Assembly: GCA_000934665.2 (NCBI GenBank)
Contig: KZ538140.1
Location: 124,001-188,000, forward strand
DNA from: Catajapyx aquilonaris
Taxonomy: Eukaryota
Reading direction: 5' to 3'
DNA: 64,000 nucleotides
A model generated the notes under the pieces. That model had not been told where the DNA came from and did no database searches. It saw only the letters and a program-made list of their open reading frames with translations. Made by a program: the position numbers and the translations under genes. Each line of letters starts with the position of its first letter. Positions within the stretch are counted from its first letter, which is position 1. This document shows positions 53,770 to 64,000 of this stretch, piece after piece.

Positions 53770-53803
53770 ATGGTTCCAGCTTGCAATTCCGAGCTGAGAC
53801 TAG
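53770..53803 (+). other. Candidate 34-nt exon
   Basis: ttttttccccctttctttgcAG|ATGGTT...ACTAG|GTAAGT: a long pyrimidine tract and a consensus donor. Confidence 0.4.
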
Positions 53804-56800
53804 GTAAGTTTGCTAATACTTTTTTCTGTGAGAGTGTTTCTTTTTTTTGGGGGGGATACGACGGAAATGGATGGGTTAATTTCGGGATCTGGAAGAAAAA
53901 GCTGGTACAGATAGAGCTAACATAGGTGAAGTTTGGTTATTTGTCATAAATAATAGATATGCATCAGGTAGATTACTATAGTTGGGAGGTAAAACTGTAA
54001 TTGCAGAGGGGAAAGTTTCCTTTCTGTGCTACAGGGCATGCTCATGTTGATAAAACATTGATGAAGTCGCTATCGATGTTGTTATACAGTACACATCTCC
54101 GTCAGAAACTAACGAGTTCGCTAATTAAAGTGGAAGTGCAGACGGCTCTAATTTGACTCAAAATTGTCAGCCACGTCATCATTAAAAATTGCTCTCAAAT
54201 TTTAATGCACATGTGCATAAATTTTTTGTGTGCATTATCCTACGCAGAAATATGTCATAATGGGTCGGTCTAGACATGGGGGCATATCAATTCAGAATTT
54301 GAACTTGGTTAATTGGTTATGGTGACTTGAACTGAAGATAACACAGTAATTTTTGTGCCCTGTTTTGTTTAAGTTCGAGATCATCTCAGTTGGCATTGCG
54401 CATTACCATCGAGTACATTGTTGAGTTTGATAACACTCCCTTCAGCGACTGGAAAACTGGTGTAAATTAAATGTCGCTCGCATAGTCTTCGTAATGAAGC
54501 GGTGTTGAATCCATGCAAACGTGAATTAATCAGGCTCCTGCTCTCTCTGCCGTTGTCAACATGTCAAGCAGCCAGACAGAACCCAAACGTATACAGGTGC
54601 ATATCCGGGCGTCACTGCGGGGAGCTGGTAGCGAGATCTCTCCTGGGAAGATCCCAGACACCGAATCCAATCCCCAGTGGGGACGCCCCCCTCCCCCAAC
54701 CCCTTTATGTTAGGCCTGTCCCAGGGAAGTTTACCCATGGCGGCGCACACTAGCTGGGGTTGTTTGCTCAAACATGGCATCCTGACAGCAATGGTGCGGT
54801 TATGGTGGCAAATCGTCACCTGGTGCCTGCCTGCCTCGCCTGCCTTTCCACCCCCGCATGCTTCGATGCTCACTTTCGGTTCCCAAAAACCCCTGGGCCT
54901 ATCCATCCGAGCAGCAGCTGTCTCTTCTCGGTCTGGCAAAACCCAACCCGCCATGACACCATCTCGGTTATTCTACCATGCTGCTATAGACTGCCCGACT
55001 GCTGGGATGAGAGAAGGACAATCAAGCTAGGTGTTATCATGGGGGAGATGGGCATAGCCAGTCAAGGTGGTTGGGATGACACTTTCATGAGTCACGGAAG
55101 TGAGCATGTGGCAAAACGGTGATGAGTCAATTAATGGAGGTAATTGCGTTTGTATTATAAATTTTCGAGGCTGTATCGTGCTCGGTGACAAGGACGCCCA
55201 TGGGATGAATGAAGAAACGGGAGGGGGACGGTTGAATGCAGGGTCACGCCCCCAACCCCCCCTGCAACAATGTGAAACTCTAATTATGGGGTGGAATGCT
55301 GTGTGCATATTTTTGTTGTATATGCACTACAACGGTCGTTCAACGCACTAACCGTGTTTTGCTTCCACTATTAAATGAACATGGCGTGGATTTATTGTTT
55401 TGGTGCTTGCACCCCGCAATAACACTGCTGAGTACCCACATGTAATGCTACAATAATGTAGTTATGCGTGAATTGAAACATTTGTTTCGGGAGACCATAT
55501 AACGGTGAATGGCATACGGCCATAAATGATAACAGTTCACAATTGAACGGGTGGAGGCAAAAAATAGTGTGTCATTTTCATGACACGAATAAAAGACAAC
55601 TGAAGAAAATTATTAATTCGAGAAAATATAATTTATTAATAATAGCCTGTTGTTTTAAATATTCCTGCTTCTATATTCTGAAAATAGTGATTGAGGAAAT
55701 CACAATTATTTATTGTCTAGCTTAGCACATGGGTTAGACAGATGCAGTTTTTCACGTTTGGAGCTGCAAGCTTTCTTGCCCACATGAAAAAGAGAATTGC
55801 AACATTTGGAGAGAAGAACCATTCGTACAAAGGCAATAATTAATTTCGGTGTTCCCAAGGGATTATGTGTTATGAACCTCTCTAATCCCATTTTGTTCAC
55901 TGAAGTGGATATCCTTCCAACTAATCCAGTTACAGTACTTTATTTTCAAGTGCAACCTTTTCCCCCGAGTTCCATTTGGATGTCTTTTTGCCACTCGAAG
56001 AGGATTAAAATACAAAACGGGTTGGAAATGTTAGCCGGTAATGTTCAGCAGCGCAACACTGCTCAGCCCATTCTCGCCAATATATTATTGCCATGCTCTC
56101 GTGTTACGCGAATCTCGACGTAATTTTGTGCTTGAGCGCCATCTTGCCCCAGGTACCGTAATTGGAACGATAATTAAGTTGGTTAAGTAAGATTCCTCTA
56201 AAGCTTGCAATCGAGTGTCCAAACCGTTCGACAAACAACCTCAGGCAGTTGCTAAGTTATCATCCCACCATCACTGGGTAATTAGTTGCTTCCAGATACT
56301 TCCAAGCCTGAGGGATCTCCCCGAAATGAACAAGCTTCCAACCTTCTTCCCTTTTCCCCCCTACCCATCACTGATGATGAAGTAAAACTTGGAAGCGAAA
56401 AGCGGGGCTCGGAGTGAGAAAAATATAATTAAAATTATATTCTCTCTACGCGGTGTTACTCTGCCCAAGTGAACTGTTGGAGAAAGCAGGTGATGGGTGG
56501 GTCACTCCTGGCCTTGTCGACAGATCACATGCAGATGGCGTTTTAAAAATTTATAAAGCATACTTGTAGCAGGAATATTAAAATTATTTTTAATATTCTT
56601 GTAGATGATGGTTTTAACTTTCAACTAATATGTCTGACTAACAAACTAATATGTCAGAGTTTTAAAATATTCATTTTAAAGTGGGCTTATTTGCCAATTG
56701 ATGAAAATTAGCCGGTGATATCTGAAGTTCTGACATTTCAGGACAAATTATAAACACCGCTAATATCTGGATATAGGCCCGGTTTTTCTGGCAGCTTCCA

Positions 56801-58748
56801 ACATATACGATAGATGGTGTTGTACAAAACTGCTTGTATAAAATAAGACCCCGGGTTCTCGGGTCCGCCTGCAAACTATCGATTCCAGCACAACACTTTT
56901 CCCTGCGACCTCCCGAGTGCAATAAATTAATTAGGAGCGGTAATGATCACTTCAATCTAGGGTTTAATTGCCATAATTAAAGTCGGGGCATCGAGGATGG
57001 GGGAGGGTCGGGTCCACACGGTCTAAAGAGAGGTGGGGGAGGGAGGGTTTTGCATTGGCAGCTGGAGGGGGCCATCTGCAAGAGCAAGAGACTTCCATAT
57101 AGGGGTCGACGTAATTAGTTCATCGCGGTTTTCGACCTGCTAACTCTCCTGACTGATTGTGAAAACTTTTTGCATTGCTCTCGNCCGCTCTGAATATTTT
57201 TGAAGGAGTTTCTCACGACCTGGGACTTAAAGCCCACTCGAACATGTCCCTCCTCCATGGTTTCCTCGTTCCTTGACCGCATAAGAGGGACAGGCACTCA
57301 TCCTCCATCAGCCTCTTTCGCACTGGTTATAATTAATTCGTGCCTGGTTCTAAAGCCGCCATCTAGTTTGCGGCCACTCCACCAGCCACTTGGAGGTTCC
57401 TACTCGAGCTGGAAGGGTGATGTGCTGCATGTGCTGCAAGGGTGTGTGTTGCACTTGTCTTTGGTGCTCGACATGCTGCTGCGACTCTTCCTGGATTGTT
57501 CGGTGTGAGGAGGGGGGGAGGGGACAACTTTTAATGAGGGAGCTTCTCTGCAGGTTTATGGAAGAAAAAATCGGTTTGTGTGGTGAGAATGCGAGTTTTC
57601 GCATTTCAATATATCGCATAGTACGATGATCTGAAAATAGGGAAAAGGTTGCTATACCAGATTAGGACATCATTTTATCACACATTATTAGTGTAACAAC
57701 TTCTACTAATATTGTGGCGCTCAGAGTAAATAACGATTCTTGAAGAGATCCTGTCTTACTGTCAAACATCTTGGCACGTTGCTTGGTGAATGACTAATGA
57801 CTGCTTCAAATCGGTTTGAACCAGTTACCTCCTCCAGTTTCCACCAACTGGAACACTCCAGATCTCCAGAAGTGAATTCCTGGACACCGAACCTTAAGAG
57901 CAATGAATCGAGCGAAGGCGCGTCTTCTCCTGACCCCTTCCTCTCCCATGGTCAAAGAGGTACAGGTGGACAATCGGATGCCTTGAAAGCCAAGCTCTGT
58001 CGCCTTTCAAAGAAATTGATTCCTCCCAGGACATGCGGTGGCAGGATCGATTAGGTTTGTAATGGCGCTCGAGGAATAAGTGGAGCACAGAGTTAAGGAG
58101 GAATCCTTGAAGTGGGGACAGCGCTTCTGAGAGAAATTGGCATTCTGGAGGAATGTGCGGCAGCAACAAGCAGTTTGGTCTCAAAGGTGCCGTTCTAAAA
58201 CCTCCCAAGTCCGTAAATCCTTCCCACCCTAGCAATCCTCTCAAGGCCGCAGATGAGCTAATCGAAGTCTCACCATCGATTTGCCAAAGGCCCTGGCTGG
58301 CTGCTGTGGGGTGTGCATATACCGTGTATACGTATATGTACAGGTTTTGTACGAGCACGTTCCTCCAGTTTAATCCACTTAATTGCCTCGGTGCGTGAGG
58401 GCTCTAATGTGACTGTTAAGTCTTAGGGGGGGTGAGAAGCTGGGGTTCTCTCGGGGTATAACAGAGTTTTTGATACCCCCTGGCAGGTTCTTGGCGGGAA
58501 ATGAGAGTAGGAAACTTGGCTCAATTTCATTAATGTACTAATTGATTGCGTAAAGGTAGGAAGTCATTGGGACTCGGAACACGCTGGGCGCAGGAGCGGG
58601 TTTGGAGCATCGGAAGAGGCAAGGACTGGTTTTATCAACTCGAATTACAATAAAATCTCAGATCACTTATTGATGGTTATTGTTAATGTCTACCAAACAA
58701 ACCGAAAACTACTGTATATACAGTAATCAAATGGTAGCCAGTTATGTA

Positions 58749-58833
58749 TAGTGAAACCAGTGAAGTTGGACACTATAATATGTTGGACATTTTTCTTGGA
58801 ACCGTCAGTGTCCAATATAGACAGGTTTCACTG
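58749..58833. mobile_element. Short (85 bp) pogo/Tc1-like MITE remnant
   Basis: TA-tAGTGAAACCAGTGAAGTTGGACAC ... GTGTCCAATATAGACAGGTTTCACTG-TA. Imperfect ~25-bp TIRs with a CAGTG-type terminus, TA on both sides. Confidence 0.6.
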
Positions 58834-61800
58834 TAGTCCAGTAATAAATACAGCCTTTAAAATGAAACATCTCATAATAATGTTAATCTACTATGAAAGC
58901 GACTGAGAGATTCGCCTTTATACAGTCAGGCCCAAATTTAATTTACCCAAAGAATTTTCATAAGGATAGTGAATGAAGAGGTGTATTTTTATGGTAGTGA
59001 CGCTGGGATGATGCAGGTATGGGCTATTCGTAGAGGAGTAGTCATGCATATGTAATAGATCATGAGCATAATTTATTGAGGTGTATAATGTACTGCTGCC
59101 GAGTCATGGTACTTACATTTTAGATATACCGATTGTATGAATAAGTACTACATATTGCACTCCTTGTTACGAAACAACCCCTGCTGAATGCACTTGGCAT
59201 CACTGGCCCATTCATGTAAATTCATGTATGGACAGACTCGTGCGTTGGAGGAGTACACCACTGGATACACGGCCTTTGTAACAATCTATTCCCGTGCAGA
59301 GAGGGGGGGCATCTCCCCCCAGCTCACATCTGTGGCATATCTTAAAAGTTGGTCTGGGAAACCCTTGAGGGAGAAGTCACGGAGCCAGATGACGCCTGAT
59401 AACTGGCGGTTTTTTGGGATCGTCCCCCCCTCCTTTTGCTCTTGTGAAGGGTATCTCCTTGGCCAAAATCAAAGCCGATGTGGTCTCTCCCCAGGTCTTC
59501 CTCCGGCCAGGCGTGATGAGCACGGGCACGGCCAGATAAAGGCAGGCGTGACATGCCCCTCTGCATTCGCACCGCCAGCAGGCGCCATCTTCCCCTTTCC
59601 CCAGTAACCTCAACTTTTTTTTTTCCATCCTCCGATGGCCACCACGGTAAAGGAGAGCACTCTCGATGCACACCCCCCTCCAGGGTTAGAGGGGGAGGTA
59701 ATCTAATCGAGTCGGGGGTTATTGGGTGCACGGATTTCAAATTTCCATATACCAGAGAGCGGCCTCCCCCCCGATCCAAACCACCACCTATAATCAAGGC
59801 AATGGTTTCGGGCTGTCCATATGAACCTGAAAATAGCGTTCTTCAATATGAGAGGCCTGCGCATCCGGTTTCCCCCAGTACAAATATAAATAAGAATGAA
59901 ATATTGGACCCCCGTTGCAGGCAGGGAATCCACTTAGGTGCAATCCATATAGGACAGCACCGCGCAGTGTGCATTACCCGCAGCAAATTCCGGATTTTCC
60001 TATTCCAGCGCAACCACGGGCTATTTCGTCCAACTCGGTGGGTCGCTGTAATTGGGGACGGAGGGTAGCCCAAAATGGCTAGATTTTTTGGGGGACGAAA
60101 AGTACTTCCTTGGAGAGCTGTACATGAAGCCAACGATGTCGTGAAATCGTATGGGCATGTGTATGACACATGAGGTATATCACCTTTTACTAAAGTGAAA
60201 GGCAGAACCAGTTAGAGTATTCGTCAGATGCAGCATGTAACGGAGCCTCTCTCGCAAGGTCAAGTAACGTTATGGATTGTGACGTATGTGGCACTGGTTT
60301 TGGAGCACTGTGTGCTGCCTCGGTTTTTTTATTTTTGTTTTTTTTTAAAGGGCAGGCGCCAGTTGGGCACCAGTGTACCGGACTAACATGGGACCGTAAA
60401 GTGCACGGAGGAAAATAACAATCCACGCCCTGTGGACACGAATTACTGTCCTCTGGTGGGGCCAAGGTCCTACGCGCTGTTTTAAGTTAGGACCAACCCC
60501 CTGGTTGGGGGTGTGCAATTTTCAGTAGAAAGGCGGCCAAGTCACGTAATAACAAGGGGAGTGATATACGGGCGTATAAGTCCACTTCGCACGACCTGCA
60601 CAGTAGTTTGGGCTTAGCCAACTGGTAGCTTTTGTCCATTTGCAAGCACACGTAAATCTGCAGGGTGGAAAGCCTGTACTTGCTGTGAAGGGCAATTTTC
60701 ACGCCCGTTGTTACGTGCACGGTGCAAAAAAAATAGCCAGAATTAATATAATCATTTGCGTGCAGTTGACATGTTTTTCTCCCAATTTGCAAACAGGTTT
60801 TGTAGCCAAATATTTCGCGATTGCAACTATCAAGGAGTATAAAGGACCACAAAATAAAGGGTTGTGGCAACGACCGATCAATAGAATCGGATCACTGCAT
60901 CCTATTGAGCCCTCTGAAATGTGGGACAACTCTATGTATAGTCCGCAGCTTCCCGTGCCACTTGTGTCTAAATCTGGCTTCCAACAACAATCGATCCCAT
61001 CTTTGTTTTGGAGAAAAAAAAAATTGACCTGATGAACTTTTAGTGAAAGGGCATGTATGCAGCAGGTGACGGTCAATAAATCCATACGTGACACGCATCA
61101 AATGCTGGCAAAGTCACGCTTCTCCGCATAGAGAAGAATACCATTTAGGGTGGGTGTTCTATAAGCCTCGCCTAGTTTCCTCTCTCAGGTCTAGCATGAA
61201 ATTCAAAGCAAGACTTTGCCTCCACTTCTTTTGTGTCAACTTGGCGAGGACTGGAAGGAGGATAAGCGATGGATTCCGTGGGCCTTTTCAGCCTAATGAG
61301 AAGCGTATGCGGGCGTGTAAGCCCTATTCAAGCCCTTTTGTCTCGGATTCGTTCCTCATTGGGCCCCTACTCTGGAGGCGGAGGATGGAGGCGAGGGGTG
61401 GGTGGGGGGAAGGAATATTAATTATTGGGGAGGGTGGTGGTGTGGCCAAGTTGGGATTAACTGTAGTTCCATGGTACTAATTCAAAGGGTTTTTTTTCAG
61501 GTGGTTAAGTGTTGCATTGAGAAAAGTAGGCATGAAACATGCAGACGTAGCCTCGACTTACGTATGTATATACGGACTTTAAAAATCCGACTTGCGTATG
61601 AAAATGTGGTTTCATCTGCATGTCAATTTTACAAATTTTTTCTAAAAAAATGTCATTACACTAGATTGCACTGCCTTTTGGCCAACTCACCTCCAACCCA
61701 AGCTCTCAATCCGCGTTCCCACCAGTCTCCCACAAAAAAAAGAGGAGCTGGTTATTTATTCACGACGTGATACTTTCCTAACCACATCTTCGCTCCAGAA

Positions 61801-64000
61801 AATAACGTTACGTAACACTTGAACTGTCCCAGGAGACGACACCCTCTTGAGCCAACAGATCGAGGTTGGAACTTAGCATTCGAAGCAGACTCGACGATCA
61901 AAATTTGACAACTGCAGGGTAAACAGTGGGAAGCGAGTTTCCCGATGTAAATTCCCAAGGAAGCATTTTTTTTTTGGGACTGTCTTCTTCTCTCTTTGCC
62001 TTCTTTCTTTTCAATTATAAGAGTCTGGAAACTCCCGCACGAGCGGTGAGAAAAAGGAAACGAGGGTGTCGGCCGTAGAGGAAGGACCAAGAAAAGAAGA
62101 CGGCCAAAAAGGAGAGGTGAGAAGAACGTGCCCCGAACAGACAATGAGGAACCGTAAGGAACGGGCCTAGTAGATTACACGCCGACGCCATTCCTTCTCC
62201 TTCAAGTTTAAAAAAAAAAAAGAACGAAGAAGAAGAAAAGCCCCCACGATCTGGCCCGAATTGCGTCGGAGGAGATCACATATTCCATGGGAAACCGTCT
62301 CCTTGCTGAAACGACGACGCCCCATGATTTATTGTCACGTGATAGAATTAACGAATCAGGGATGGCTTCTTCTCAATAACACCTCGGACAATGGGAGCTG
62401 ATAAAGAACATTTTATGAGTCAGGAAACGTAATTTGTCGCGGCGACAGGTTGATGCATAGGGTGCTCGCTAATCCGACACGCGCTAATCCATTCGCCTGT
62501 AAAATCATGGTAGGTATATAGGTAAAAAGAAAAGGTAGGGTGGGTGATATTATATATAAAAAGAGAGGAAGTTTCTTGAAGCGTTAAGGGTTTTTCAGCG
62601 TGACCGGTTAGATTTACTTGATGTTTTTTTTTCATTAATTTCTTGGAGTATTTGGTGAAATAACGCGATTCCGGGTCGCTTTGTGAATTATGGGTAATTG
62701 TGTTGAGGCGTCGACCTCTGGTCCCTCCAGTGACTCATGGGTCGTTTGGAGTCAAAGAGCGCTAAGTGGCGTTCCTTGTTATGAGATATTAAAGCGCGGT
62801 GGACAATATTTCACACGACTGTACACCGGTCGTACCCCCCTCCAGCAATGTGTTTCCGGCAATTATGTTTTTTTTTCATGCCACTTAACGATTCTAAGCT
62901 GGCTTTTTAAAATTATAACTGTTTCAGGAAGCGTTTCTGAGCACGGTTGCAACAATTGACAGTAGGTGGGATTTACTATTAAATGACTGCATTAGTTATT
63001 ATAGAATTCCTGCTAACTGAATAGTGTCAACATATTGCTATTTGCTCTAAAATTAACATTGACGAAAGGATGGGCAGGCTTAGGACGACCATTGCGTCCA
63101 CCTGCAGTTGGCAACAACAAAAAGGAATGTTCAGTAATCAGCAATATTTTCCCCGTCCGTAGAAGTAACAGCTTAATAAAAAAGCAGCTCAGTGCCAATT
63201 TTGATAACTTAATAGCCCCCGATTCAGATGGACCGTGATGTCGACCCGCAATTTCTGTTTGGCAAAAGTCACGCGATAACACCCGGACCACCCTGCTTGG
63301 CTCCATGGGCGTATGTTTTTCAGAGCAAAAACATGAACTTTTTTGGGGGGCCAATATAACCTCCAGAGAAATGATAAATGTCGCAGGTCTTCACCCCGCT
63401 CTACAGCATATATTTTCCCATCGTTCAAATTAAGCGCCATTATCACCTACCTTCCTATTTCCATCGCTCAAAATCGTGCAAAGGGGCGTAATGTCCGGTT
63501 GGCGAAAAAAAAAGACTGGTGGGGGGTGCAGGTCATCCTTCATCTGAAGGGTACTAGTAAATGGGAGAGAGAAGGGGTTAATCGTGAGCACCGCTTCTAA
63601 GCCCAGGCAGTTTGGAAAAAACCGTGCGTTAAAACCCTCTCTTGCCAACTTTGCATTCACGCGCCCTATTTTCTCTTCTCTTGGCACGAAATGACCCGTT
63701 TCAACGTGACCTCCCCCCATGGCCAAACCCTGCCTCTCTTTTTCGTGAAATTGAAAAATGGCGGCGATCCTCCGGTGCTGTTCGCAGCCCTGGCGATTTA
63801 TTGTGACCGACAACTAGCGCTCCCCTCGTTCCGCCAACCGGTTCGGGGGAGTAAATGATCACCCGGAGCCTGTACGCTACCCCCGGAGATAAATGAATGT
63901 CTTTTCCTTCACAACAACTAGCCTGCGAGTTTTTTTTCCCCGGGGTCTCATTGCATGACTAGGGGGCCTCCCGGTATTACCTGCCGCCATGTTTACGTGG

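Noticed and set aside
1..64000. Programmed DNA elimination or a specific taxon (e.g. copepod) as the explanation for the block pattern
   Set aside because: No consistent boundary motif or telomere-addition signal is visible, and nothing in the window identifies the organism. It remains only a testable speculation.

Overview
This is eukaryotic, almost entirely non-coding DNA. It is probably from an invertebrate animal, since CpG is not visibly depleted and microsatellites, homopolymers and spliceosomal signals are common. N gaps beside G/C runs suggest a draft assembly. Only one ORF is convincingly protein-coding: a single-coding-exon, ~319-aa coiled-coil protein on the minus strand (48764-49723), with an AATAAA signal and a probable 5'-UTR intron. 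I do not recognise it. A few isolated micro-exon candidates on the + strand suggest the window may be intronic sequence of a very large host gene, with the coiled-coil gene nested antisense. The other ORFs in the supplied track look like noise. The most striking structure is a quasi-periodic alternation, roughly every 1-2 kb, between AT-rich islands and GC-richer blocks full of G/C runs and purine/pyrimidine tracts. The AT islands hold the recognisable Tc1/mariner-type MITEs (CAG...CTG ends, TA target). They also hold an apparent excess of TACAGTA/TACTGTA heptamers, the classic Tc1-type excision footprint, including tandem footprints. I saw no rRNA, tRNA, CRISPR array or autonomous transposon. 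All counts were made by eye and need computational confirmation.
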